A stretch of 64,000 nt of DNA from Tubiluchus corallicola (taxonomy: Eukaryota > Animalia > Priapulida), in the NCBI GenBank assembly GCA_030141605.1, contig JAQGDQ010000285.1:198002-262001 (forward strand). The letters are read 5' to 3'. The translations under genes and the position numbers were made by a program. The notes under the pieces were generated by a model. It was given only the letters and a program-made list of their open reading frames with translations, made no database searches and was not told the origin of the DNA. This document shows, piece after piece, positions 42,001 through 51,475 of this stretch (its first letter is position 1; each line of letters opens with the position of its first letter).

Positions 42001-45000
42001 TGCTTAAAGTGCTTGGTTTCTTTTATTGTTTTTTTATAAAAACTAATTGAGTTATTGTATTTTTGTTTGATTTTTTACGCAGCTATAACACCACCCATCA
42101 CACCAGCTATTACAACTCCTGAAGAAACAACACCAGGAAATGTTGCATTTACTTTTTAATATTGGCTGTTTTATTGTGCTGTTATGGGCGGGTTTTTTTG
42201 GTTTTATTTTTTGTTTCTTGCATTGTTTGATTGTTTATTTGTTTTTGTAGAAATTAATTGAGTTAATTTGGTATTTGTTTTAATTCTTTCACAGCTGTAA
42301 CACCAAGAGTTACACCAGCTGTTACAACTCCTGAAGAAACAACACCAGGTAGCATTACATTTACGTTGTTTTGTACCAGTTATTGTTTGGACTCAATTAT
42401 CTTTGGCTGTTTTTCTTTTTCATTCTTACAGAAATTAAGCTAATTTTTTTGCTTGATTTTTTTTCACAGCAGTAACACCACCTGTTACACCTGCTGTTAC
42501 AACTCCTGAAGAAACAACACCAGGTAGATTTTACCATTATTTTTTGTGTCAGTTTTTTTCTGTCAATGCGCAAGTATCTTTACTTGTTTTTCCTTTTCAT
42601 TTGTTTTTTAAATTAATTAAGGTAACTGTTTTTGTTTGATTTTTTTACACAGCAGTAACACCAAGTGTTACAACTCCTGTACAAATAACACCAGGTAGTG
42701 GTACATTTACATTTTAGTACTGCTTGCTTTATTGCGCTGTTATCTCTATTTTTTGTTTTTTGTTTGGTTCATCGTTTGTTTGTTTATTTGTTTGTTTTAT
42801 AGAAATTAACTTGAGTTAATTATTATTTATTTTAATTTTTTCACAGCTGTAACACCAAGAGTTACACCAGCTGTGACAACTCCTGAAGAAACAACACCAG
42901 GTAGTTGTTAATTTGCTTTTTTGTACCGGTTATTGTTAGTACTCAATTATCTTTGGTTGTTTTTCATTTGTCTTTTTAATTAATTAAGCTAACTGTTGCT
43001 TTTGTTTGATTTTTTACGCAGCTATAACACCACCCATCACACCAGCTATTACAACTCCTGAAGAAACAACACCAGGAAATGTTGCATTTACTCTTTAATG
43101 TTGCTTATTTTATTGTGCTGCTATGGGCGTTTTTCTGTTTTTATTTTTTGTTTCTTTCATTGTTTGATTGTTTATTTGTTTTTGTAGAAATTAATTGAGT
43201 TAATTTAGTATTTGTTTTAATTCTTTCACAGCTGTAACACCACGAGTTACACCAACTGCTACTACTCCAGAAGAAACAACAACACCAGGTAGTGCTGCAT
43301 TATTTTATATTGCAAAAACATTTTTTGTTATATTTATATGAAAGTAGTTTTTTATTGACTGAAGCTGACTTAAAACAACTGATGTCCATCTCATCCTTTA
43401 CACTAGTGACCTGAAACTGCCTTAAATTTGACGTAATTGCTTATTTATGCTTGCACTTTTTCATTATCAAAAGTTTGTTTCATGTGGTGTTATTAATTTA
43501 AGTTTTTTGGCCGTATTTTGGGTGATGACAGAGATGAATAGAGATGACACAACTAGTTACGAGTATCTATATACTTTATACAATAGTTCATGTGTTAGGT
43601 ATTTTAAGGAATGCATTAATTGCTGATTAGTATATTTGTTCTTCGTTATGAAACGAGCAAGTGAGACTAGACATTTTTTGTTAAAATCCTAGAAAACCCT
43701 GACAACATATTTTACTGCTTTCGCATTCTTGATTTAGTCTTCTTTTTATTTCACGTACATATCAGTTGACCTACAATTACATTCAGGAACACAGTTGGAG
43801 TCATTTCTTCTGCTAAACTCAAAAGCAAGTTTTTAGCAAGCAGTTATAAAGAGAGTGTCTGGCATCTCTTGAACTGGCTTGCAAATTGTTGCTTTTTTAA
43901 TTTTTTAATTTTTTTTTAATAATCGCTTCCCTTTTACAGGAACTACTGAAGCATTGCCAAAACCAGAAGGCCCTGTTGAAGGTAACAAATTTGGGAATCA
44001 TTACTTTAACTAATCAGTTTATAATTGAAATGCAATGTAAACAAAAAATATTTAATGGTGCATTCAGACTAGAGAGTTCTCTCCCAACTTATTGCGCGAC
44101 TTCTCTCTGAGAGTAAACTTATAGCAAACTCAGTGATAATTGCTGAGAGTTTTTGCGCAAGTTGACACTCTCAGAGAGAAGTTGCACAATAAATTGCGAG
44201 AGAAGTTTTAGAGAGAAGTTGGTCAATAAATTGTGAGAGAACTCTCTAGTCTGAACATGACCTTAAATACTTCTGTTGCTCACTTGTATTTCTAAATTTT
44301 TTCTCATTTTTTCTTTCATTTTTGTTGGTCTATGGCACAAAATAAGTTTAGCAGTTCTTATTAACAAGATTCTTGTTTGTGTTTTACAGTCTTTTAATAT
44401 TTTGTGTAACTCGCTCGTTAAATGCATCAGTACATGTTTTTAGTTGACATAGAACTGATGAAGATTAGCAGCTTCATAGTTGTTTGTTCGTCATACAGTT
44501 ATTTGCAAAGAAGATGGTATTGAAGTGCTCGTGGATCTACGTGCTGCTTCCGGTGGGAAGCCTACATTTAGCGGAGTCATCTACGTAAAGAATAACTTCA
44601 AGACGTCTGCTTGTCGTATGCAAATGTTTGAGGACTCATCCGCTGACACGGCCAGGTTCTTTGCGAGCTATGATGAATGTGACTTCACTATTGATCCGGT
44701 AATTTTTTTGCTTTAGTTAAAACTACGTAAAGCAGAAAAAGGAATAGTTCCGTTGAAATGCCTTTATTCTCAGATACCCATAAGAATGATAGGGCGATGT
44801 CTGATGTCCGTTTATATCCATAGTTGCCTCTCACCGAGCAATTAATCACAATTTGCAAACTGTCAATGCAAACAAAGTACTGGCATGCCTGCTTGACAAA
44901 ATGCTGTGTGGTCTGATAGCAGACTATTCGTGAAAATGACTATGATCAGTTAATCAAATTATTTTTTTGTAAATGTAATATAAAAAAATAAAACTAAAAC

Positions 45001-48000
45001 AGTTAAAAAACAAATATTGCAATAACTTAATGCTAAATAAGTTACAAATTGCATTTAAAAAACTTAACTGTTATCTTGAAGTACAGGCCTGTACAGGCCT
45101 CAAAATTGGATCAAATCCATACCTCACAGGAGGTGGGGTAGCTCGCTAGATCTTTAAACTGGTATGGCTTGTATGATCTCCTTCGTTCTCGAAACAGCCG
45201 GTCAGTTGGCACAGTGTTTGAAGAAAGACAACATTAGTGACGCCATTTTCAACGTTTCACAGGCATTAAGAATGCAAAATTATTCATCTCTCTCAACTAA
45301 ATTTCCAGTTAGTGACAAATGGTTAACTATGACACTACGGTCTCAACTTCTTATTGCATTTTCGAAACATGATTTGTAACCCTGTTTTTATGTTCTAGGA
45401 TAATGGCTTGTACAGCACAACAGTTGTAATTCAACCTCATATGATGCTGGTCACCAAAGATGCCAAAGCTTACAGAATGACATGTAAATATGAGACGGAT
45501 CTGGAGAAGACCGTTGGACCAACAAGTATTGACATTGAGTACGTTTGTATTGTTTTAATTCAGCCTTGAATTCAATGATTGCGACTATTTGAAGTATAAA
45601 AAACATTGTATTGATTTGACATTAATATATAAAAAATATGCACTCACAAGTACACTTTGATCTATATTATAAGAATTTATAATTTTATTATTGGCATATA
45701 CATTACATTACAATGACATACAGCAAAATACTGGGACCTTTTCAGAGCATTCGTCATAAAGTGATTTTTTGTCCTTTTGCCTTATATCCTGGAAATGTAC
45801 CCCACACTACACCATTTATCACCAACTACTAATCTAGACATAGGGGGAAAATCTTGAGTTTCCTTCATTTTTAATTTTATTGTAAAAACTTAACTTGTAA
45901 TTACAATGTGGTTTGAACAGGCAGTTTTATTACTGACAGACTTACTTGTCATAAGAGCCTAAGCTCATGAGTGCAAACGATTAACTACAGACATATAATA
46001 ATATTGCAGTAACTTCTTAGCTGTACACAGTGTTAGCTGTACAACAAAATAACATTACTATGACTAACAATTATGAGTTCTGTTCATTTACAGGTACAAT
46101 ACCAGCAGTCGATCATCTTTTTTCCCAGCACAATCCAAAATATGATTTGGTACAAATATTCTTATACACATTTTATTTCTTATTACAGCATGGTCTCTAC
46201 TCAGGGCATATTAAATAACACAGGTGTTCCTCCTGTTTGCATTATGACTATAACAGACTTGGATGGTAACCGTGTAACTACAACAGCCATTGGTACTCCA
46301 CTGTTGCTTAAGCTCATTGTCACGCCAGCAGGTGGGTTTTGTATGCTTTCACATATTTTTTCAGAGACTAATTCTGCAAAATAGAATCTTTTTTCAAACA
46401 CTTGTTCCAAACACCTATTTGTGTCACGCTCATTGACTTCAAATCTGTATTTACAAAAGCTTTATAGTAGTAGGTAATAATACTGAACAAAATTCACATC
46501 CAGCCAAACATAAGCTTTTAGATGTTTTGTTAAAGTGCATATGTAAAATTCACAATTAGCTGAAAAAACAAAGGAAAAATAACTACATTTATTGTTAAAA
46601 GGAATGTGACAAAGGCCATTTTCATCTCCTGGGATTACTTTTGCCAATAAGCTAAGTTCCTTTCTCGATATAGCCATCTAACTATAGTCTTTACTGTTGA
46701 ATGCTGAACCTGGCTTGTAGGGTGCTAAACTATAAAAAGGTCAAGAGATGTCTTCGAATTGGGTGTAATGCATACACTGGTTTTACAGCAACAGCAATAG
46801 TAAAAAATTATTTTGTGTAAAAAAAATTAGCTATGTGATTATATTTCATGATTGCTTGTTTACAAGAAGCTTAATGTGGCTTATGTTGATTTTTAACATA
46901 ATGTTATACATTTCTTTTTGTCATCAATTTCTGTCCAGAAACTTAGGAAAAGGTTGTCAACTTGTGGTACTTTTTCTGTCATTTGACATGATTACGATAT
47001 TGCATAGTGTGTTACCAGCACTGTTTATAGTCACCCACTGCAATTATGATTGATACAGCAGCAGACATTATTGTGCCTTAAATGTAACTTGTAATTATGT
47101 ATCTTGCAGATTTGTATGGCGGATTTGCAAGAAACTGCTATGCTAGAACTGCCAACGAAGACTGGAAATACGAGCTAATAGACGAAAGAGGGTGAGTGCA
47201 ACTAGGAGCACAAGCATTTTAATCATTTTGTTTAAGAAGGATTTTGTTTGATTGAGAAATTTTGCAATAAATTTAAGTATAACTTTGCTTATTCCAAACA
47301 AAACTCAAAGATTTTTGTTCTACTTAATGTCAGGAAGTTATGTTATGTTAATTAAGTGAGACATCACTCTAGCCAATTTACTTTGTAAAACAAGTGTTAA
47401 TACCTTTTAGGAGACAATAGCAAAGAACCAATAAATTTCCAAGGAATAATGGTAGTTGTAGATATCAGCAAAACAATTTTCCTTTTGACATAAAAATGTA
47501 ATAGTGCAGATCGAAGGAAACTAAGATTCTATGCGCCAGTCTGTTACTTTGAATGCATTCCAAATTTTTAATTTGCTGCATGCTACGTACTCTATCCCAT
47601 CAAAATGTTTCTGTAGTAGAAAGCATCTATAATGCAGTGTGTTTAGCGAAGCATATTGGACTATACTTAGAGTGGTTTTTCTGTGTTTTTGTGATAGGTG
47701 TGCCCATGATCCAACGTTATTTCAAAACTTTCAACCGGATGCCACTGGACTCGTGGCAAGATTCAATGCATTTAAATTTCCAGGAAATTCATATTTGAAA
47801 TTTGAATGTGACGTTAGAGTCTGCATAAACGAGTGTGAACCGGTAAGATGTTCTTCATGTTGACGTAATATATCTGCAATCATTTATTAAATGTTTTAAT
47901 TATTTAGGTATGTACTTAATAATAAGAACTGGTGTAATAAAATATGTATTATAGCAAAACTAAAGAAGGAAGAGTCATTGTCTCTTGTTATTAAATTGAT

Positions 48001-49494
48001 ATTGCATGCTTGTTTTCTATCTTCAAAAATTTTATATAATCATTTGCCAAATCATCATGGTGTTTCATTATATTTATTTAGCTAGAAGTACATTTTCAAT
48101 CAGCTTTTTCACTAAACTAAATTTCAGTTTTTCTAATAAAAATAGTTCCCAAATGATGGTTTTTCTGGCAATTGTCAAAGGATTTTTGACTTATGTTTAA
48201 TCTAGTTCCATGTTTGGAGATATAAAAATCATAGTAAATCACAGCAGGAAAAATCCTAATGGCAGATTAATCAAACAATTTGGCAGAAACAAACAAACAA
48301 AATCACAGATTAATCAAACAAAATGTCTAGGAAATGCAACTTATACACAAAGATTGTATTCTAGACATATTAAACAAAACGATAGCTGGCTGTTTATAGA
48401 AACTAGTAGGTGCATAGAATAGTATCAGAGAAAGTCTGCTTAATCTGAGCATTTATTCTTGCCAAAATAAACAGACCAGTATTCAGAAAATAATAATGTG
48501 GAATGATGCCATATACTACTTTGTAAAATACTGCATAGGAATTCGCTTTTGTAAAGACTACTGTAAACTTTTATTTTTACTTGTTATCTTCTAGTATGTG
48601 TAATTTATTATATAATTTATTTACAGGCTGACTGTGATGGTGAATCAGGCTGGGGCAGGAGGCGACGAAGAAGAGAAATCACCAGTCACAAAGTTGTTGA
48701 AAATATTGATGGCGTTCCAAGTAACACCATCAATGTACTTTCAGCTAACGAGAAAAACCGTACATGTAAGTTATGCGTAAAAACACGATTATAGTTTTTA
48801 TAGAAAATGCCACAACTGTGGGCCAGTAAAGTAATGAAAGTAAATTGTAGTAGTAAGTATGCACTCTACTCAGTTTTATTCTCTGAACTTTGTGTTTCAA
48901 CCTTGATAAAAAACCAATAGGGAAAATTAAAGGGGCCCATCTCGTAATAACTTACGCCAGGATAAATTTCGATGTTGGTTTGCATGTGACATAACTTAAC
49001 TAAATGGTTTTTGCAAACAAAAATAGGTGAATGGTTTTAGTAATCATTACAAACAAAATTATGATTATTAGATGATACAAATGAATTATACTTATTTTGT
49101 GATATTACTGTGTTAGACATGAATCAGATCATATCTGATGTTTTATCACAGCATTAGTTGTTTGTTGATTAGAAACAGCATTCATCATTGATTAATGCCT
49201 TTTTTTAAGTTAATCATTCATTAGTAACATTTTGAATATTTTATTTCAGATGTTGCGGCAAGCTATGAGCGGATAGACTCAACGCAACAGTACTGTTTTA
49301 ACAAAGACCAATTAGCCCTGGGCCTAGGAATAGCTGCTCTCTTAGCACTAATATCTGTGATCTTACTTATCCTAGCTCTCAGGTTCAGATTGTTCAGTAG
49401 ACGACAACCGCCACCACCGGCACCAACGCTAACCATTCCTAAACCTACATACTCCATAGACCATAGTGGCACTGCAGACTCACCTACGGAATAG
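1..49494 (+). CDS. Giant Dumpy-like ZP-domain protein, multi-exon, 5' end upstream of window (cbEGF array - TLPPGV repeats - Thr-rich mucin - ZP - furin site - TM)
   Basis: About 58 exons with compatible phases (all phase 1-1 up to the ZP domain) and almost all GT-AG sites; ends in TAG at 49492-49494. ZP motifs [33 protein letters not shown] match my recollection of the Drosophila Dumpy ZP domain. Confidence 0.88.
1073..1198 (+). CDS. cbEGF exon ([12 protein letters not shown]...GDGVICE), GC donor
   Basis: tttag| acceptor, 126 nt, 6 Cys, donor aag|gcgagt. Confidence 0.88.
1739..1861 (+). CDS. cbEGF exon ([12 protein letters not shown]...GDGVTCE)
   Basis: acag|...|gtgaga, 123 nt, 6 Cys; not in the ORF track. 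Confidence 0.92.
3555..3677 (+). CDS. cbEGF exon ([12 protein letters not shown]...)
   Basis: gcag|...|gtaaga, 123 nt. Confidence 0.92.
4115..4240 (+). CDS. cbEGF exon ([13 protein letters not shown]...)
   Basis: gtag|...|gtatga, 126 nt. Confidence 0.92.
4298..4370 (+). mobile_element. tRNA-derived SINE head remnant
   Basis: A-box-like tggtgtaacgg and B-box-like gggtttgagtccc, no intact cloverleaf. Confidence 0.45.
4733..4855 (+). CDS. cbEGF exon ([12 protein letters not shown]...)
   Basis: tcag|...|gtaagt, 123 nt. Confidence 0.92.
5038..5169 (+). CDS. cbEGF exon ([12 protein letters not shown]...)
   Basis: gtag|...|gtgaac, 132 nt. Confidence 0.9.
6351..6440 (+). CDS. Short 4-Cys EGF-like exon ([30 protein letters not shown])
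   Basis: gcag|...|gtaagt, 90 nt, lacks C5-C6. Confidence 0.85.
7612..7734 (+). CDS. cbEGF exon ([12 protein letters not shown]...)
   Basis: tcag|...|gtgatt, 123 nt. Confidence 0.92.
8267..8392 (+). CDS. cbEGF exon ([12 protein letters not shown]...)
   Basis: acag|...|gtatga, 126 nt. Confidence 0.92.
8725..8847 (+). CDS. cbEGF exon ([12 protein letters not shown]...)
   Basis: ttag|...|gtatgt, 123 nt. Confidence 0.92.
9006..9400 (-). mobile_element. Probable non-LTR retroelement 3' fragment
   Basis: Minus strand aataaac followed by short tandem (atctgaa)-like tail; inner boundary uncertain. Confidence 0.35.
9713..9838 (+). CDS. cbEGF exon ([12 protein letters not shown]...)
   Basis: ttag|...|gtatgt, 126 nt. 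Confidence 0.92.
10170..10292 (+). CDS. cbEGF exon ([12 protein letters not shown]...)
   Basis: acag|...|gtaggt, 123 nt. Confidence 0.92.
10620..10690 (+). repeat. Degenerate (TTAGGG/TTAGG)-like tract
   Basis: attagggttaggttagcggttaggattggtttagggttaaggttaggattagggtagggatagggttagc. Confidence 0.75.
11244..11333 (+). CDS. Short 4-Cys EGF-like exon ([30 protein letters not shown])
   Basis: gtag|...|gtaagt, 90 nt, lacks C5-C6. Confidence 0.85.
11560..11725 (-). mobile_element. tRNA-derived SINE remnant
   Basis: Minus strand tggctgatgg (A box) ... gggttcgatgct (B box); 3' extent uncertain. Confidence 0.4.
14277..14342 (+). CDS. Thr-rich linker exon ([22 protein letters not shown])
   Basis: atag|...|gtatgt, 66 nt, phase 1-1. 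Confidence 0.8.
14449..14520 (+). CDS. Linker exon ([24 protein letters not shown])
   Basis: gcag|...|gtaagg, 72 nt, phase 1-1. Confidence 0.72.
15917..16150 (+). CDS. TLPPGV exon 1 (1.3 units)
   Basis: tagcag NAGNAG acceptor, donor gtaaga, 234 nt. Confidence 0.88.
16671..16850 (+). CDS. TLPPGV exon 2 (1 unit)
   Basis: 180 nt, ttttag|ga...ctg|gtaagt. Confidence 0.88.
17096..17275 (+). CDS. TLPPGV exon 3 (1 unit)
   Basis: 180 nt, donor gtaggc. Confidence 0.86.
17617..18516 (+). CDS. TLPPGV exon 4 (5 units)
   Basis: 900 nt, donor cag|gtagac. Confidence 0.86.
18845..19564 (+). CDS. TLPPGV exon 5 (4 units)
   Basis: 720 nt. Confidence 0.86.
19893..20792 (+). CDS. TLPPGV exon 6 (5 units)
   Basis: 900 nt. 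Confidence 0.86.
21122..22201 (+). CDS. TLPPGV exon 7 (6 units)
   Basis: 1080 nt. Confidence 0.86.
22525..23064 (+). CDS. TLPPGV exon 8 (3 units)
   Basis: 540 nt, donor gtagct. Confidence 0.86.
23283..23461 (+). pseudogene. Decayed single-unit TLPPGV pseudo-exon
   Basis: Alignable to the 180-nt unit; acceptor ttttag>ttttaa, donor gt>tt, 1-nt deletion (gctcctga-gctacc), many missense changes. Confidence 0.85.
23734..24633 (+). CDS. TLPPGV exon 9 (5 units)
   Basis: 900 nt. Confidence 0.86.
24943..25482 (+). CDS. TLPPGV exon 10 (3 units)
   Basis: 540 nt. Confidence 0.86.
25701..25879 (+). pseudogene. Second copy of decayed TLPPGV pseudo-exon
   Basis: Near-identical to 23283-23461, offset 2418 bp, same lesions. 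Confidence 0.85.
26152..27040 (+). CDS. TLPPGV exon 11 (5 units, 11 nt missing, frameshifted as assembled)
   Basis: 889 nt vs 900 nt in its twin 23734-24633; small deletions clustered at about 26487-26625. Confidence 0.65.
27350..27889 (+). CDS. TLPPGV exon 12 (3 units)
   Basis: 540 nt. Confidence 0.86.
28179..28718 (+). CDS. TLPPGV exon 13 (3 units)
   Basis: 540 nt. Confidence 0.86.
29015..29734 (+). CDS. TLPPGV exon 14 (4 units)
   Basis: 720 nt. Confidence 0.86.
30039..30578 (+). CDS. TLPPGV exon 15 (3 units)
   Basis: 540 nt. Confidence 0.86.
30874..31953 (+). CDS. TLPPGV exon 16 (6 units)
   Basis: 1080 nt. Confidence 0.86.
32235..32414 (+). CDS. TLPPGV exon 17 (1 unit)
   Basis: 180 nt. 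Confidence 0.86.
32686..32850 (+). CDS. TLPPGV exon 18 (terminal, diverged)
   Basis: 165 nt, ends ETPGVTP g|gtgaga. Confidence 0.85.
34312..37046 (+). CDS. Large Thr-rich mucin-like exon (29-aa [29 protein letters not shown] and 25-aa [25 protein letters not shown] repeats)
   Basis: ttgcag|gc acceptor in frame with ORF 34392; donor cag|gtgatg; 87-bp and 75-bp periods; frame broken by a G/T tract at 36460-36495. Confidence 0.8.
39471..43288 (+). CDS. Array of 15 mucin micro-exons ([18 protein letters not shown]-type)
   Basis: 39471-39515, 39953-40006, 40137-40190, 41118-41171, 41273-41331 (broken), 41532-41585, 41734-41787, 41914-41967, 42083-42136 (GA donor), 42295-42348, 42470-42523, 42653-42694, 42847-42900, 43022-43075 (GA donor), 43232-43288; mostly 54 nt, phase 1-1. 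Confidence 0.8.
43940..43981 (+). CDS. Linker exon before ZP ([14 protein letters not shown])
   Basis: ttacag|...|gtaaca, 42 nt, phase 1-1. Confidence 0.8.
44056..44262. mobile_element. Foldback MITE, PIF/Harbinger-like
   Basis: Perfect 21-bp IR ttcagactagagagttctctc (44063-44083) / gagagaactctctagtctgaa (44235-44255), nested internal IR, TAA/TTA flanks. Confidence 0.75.
44499..44698 (+). CDS. ZP domain exon 1 ([10 protein letters not shown]...FSGVIYVK...CDFTIDP)
   Basis: 200 nt, phase 1-0, ZP-N Cys pattern. Confidence 0.92.
45399..45538 (+). CDS. ZP domain exon 2 ([31 protein letters not shown]...)
   Basis: 140 nt, phase 0-2; VVIQxH...CxY ZP-N motif. Confidence 0.92.
46189..46331 (+). CDS. 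ZP domain exon 3 ([21 protein letters not shown]...IGTPLLL)
   Basis: 143 nt, phase 2-1. Confidence 0.92.
47110..47191 (+). CDS. ZP domain exon 4 ([28 protein letters not shown])
   Basis: 82 nt, phase 1-2; LIDxxGC ZP-C motif across the junction. Confidence 0.92.
47698..47842 (+). CDS. ZP domain exon 5 (CAHDPTLF...FNAFKFP...[14 protein letters not shown])
   Basis: 145 nt, phase 2-0; hallmark FxAFKF and CxVxxC. Confidence 0.94.
48627..48765 (+). CDS. ZP end plus furin site exon ([20 protein letters not shown]...)
   Basis: 139 nt, phase 0-1, donor gtaagt. Confidence 0.9.
49250..49494 (+). CDS. Last exon: TM helix ([23 protein letters not shown]) plus cytoplasmic tail
   Basis: ttcag| acceptor, hydrophobic stretch followed by RFRLFSRR, stop TAG. 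Confidence 0.9.
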
Positions 49495-51324
49495 TAACAA
49501 AATTTTGTAAATTTTTGTTCATTCAACATTTATAGTGATATTTATTTGAGCAGATAAACTTTAAATCATTATTGTTAGTGAAAATAATGTATTTGCTCAC
49601 AACTACGCTGTATGACATATCAGCTAGTTTGATTATACGCTCAACATAAAGCGATAAATGCAGTTGACACAAAAAATCGAACCTTTGAATACTGTGAATT
49701 GAATGTTAGCTCATCCGAGTTTTTCCTTTCTGCATTTTCAGCACGTGGCGAGTCTGGGTCTGTAAGATCCTATGGATGGGTATTTAAGGGTTTTAATCTC
49801 AACTGAGACTAATTAAAGATGTATATAGTTTTTAAAACTTTAATGTTTTGTTTTGTTTGTTTTTATTAAACACTATTTTTGTATCAGTTGTAGTCATTTT
49901 TATGTTCATAGTTAGCCAGACCTAGTGTTTCTGAGAGTCGACAATCAAAACAAAGATTAGTCTTTAAACCTGAAAAATACAAAGGCTTCTTCAAAGTCTG
50001 TTTTTCAGTGGACAAAAATGTTTAGAAAGCGTCACTTTCAAAATGTTTTTGTCTTTCAAATTCCATTTTACAATGATCGTAGTATTTGGATTTAGTTATA
50101 ATCGATGTTACAATGGCTGTTAATGACACCTGTTTTTAACTTGCGAAAGTAGAATTAGCAAAAAGATCGTAGGTACTTTTTTGTTGTTTATTTATAGTCA
50201 TTTTTTATAACTATGGTGCTAAACAACAAGCCCTCTTTTTCTTGTTGTTTGTGGTGGTAAATATTTGAAAAAAATAATCATGTAGCATCATTGCAAGCAA
50301 GAATGATGTGGTAGCATGATGTTTTTATCAATATTTTTGAAAATTTACGGTATTGACTTGTAAATTTAAGATTTGGTACGAACGAATTATTTTTGTACAT
50401 TTGAGAGCTCATAGAAGATAATTTGTTAACTATAAATTGTGATACAAGGATTACTTGCTGTTGTACTGTTGTCATCATCAATTATATGAATGACATATAG
50501 CTGTTTAAATAATTGTGACTAGCACACCTTTCTAAATTTACCATAATTTCAGAATCAGAACATATTATCTTACGTTTTGAGTTCAGTATTGTGCTTAATA
50601 ATAACAAATTCAAAGTTCTGTAATATTTACAAGCTTTTTGAAGACCGCGCAGTTATGAAACACGTCGGTACATAGCAACACTGTACATTATTGTGAATCT
50701 ACTTGTCATTACAATATTTATAGCTGATTGATAAGTACTGTGTGTACTATCTATTCAAGTCCTGTTTTAGGTTACTGTGTTACCTGTTATACTTCACGTC
50801 TTGGCAGTTCTACCCGCCACATTCACGTCATTCGTAACCATAAATGAATCTTTTCTCCTACTGAAACTAGCAATTTCGTTAAGTTCTTTTATGGATTTTA
50901 ACTCCCTAGTGTTACTTTGTCCCTGTGTATATACTGTATTAGCAAAACTACTGCTTAGTTTCATTGGAGAAAAAGAGACCATTTTACTGAAATTTTGTTC
51001 CGTTTGAAAGCATTTTTTATGCATGTAACATGTATGGAACAATAATTTTATGGCATTCACTTATAGTAATTGTTGGGTGACGACTTAAATGAATGTGGTT
51101 TATCACATTTTTTTGAATTTGTTACATTCGTAAGCAGATTCCCACAGATAAATTGTGCTAGAAAATTTAATCTATTATGTTTTAAACTAATGTGAGCGTC
51201 TTTAATAGTTTGAAATTAAGTGACATGTAAAATAGGCCTAGTTTCTCTGTGTACTGTTATAAATCTGTCTATGATGTTTAGAGAAGTATAATCTGTCTAT
51301 TCTTCCCTTAGGACAAGCTCAATT

Positions 51325-51330
51325 AATAAA
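51325..51330 (+). promoter_or_regulatory. Candidate polyadenylation signal of the ZP gene
   Basis: AATAAA followed by GT-rich ttgattgtgtttgttg; would imply a ~1.85-kb 3'UTR. Confidence 0.4.
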
Positions 51331-51475
51331 GTTAGAAAAAGCAATTGATTGTGTTTGTTGTAGAAAGTCATGAATTGTCTACAATGAAACAATGATTCCT
51401 TTTAATGATCTGTGTTATTCATAAATACATATGTTGTCTTTCTTTATATTTTTGTAATATAAGGATCAAAATAAA

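Noticed and set aside
39953-43288. Repeat-spacer pattern resembling a CRISPR array
   Set aside because: Repeats are AG/GT-bounded coding micro-exons, the spacers are homologous introns, the context is eukaryotic and there are no cas genes.
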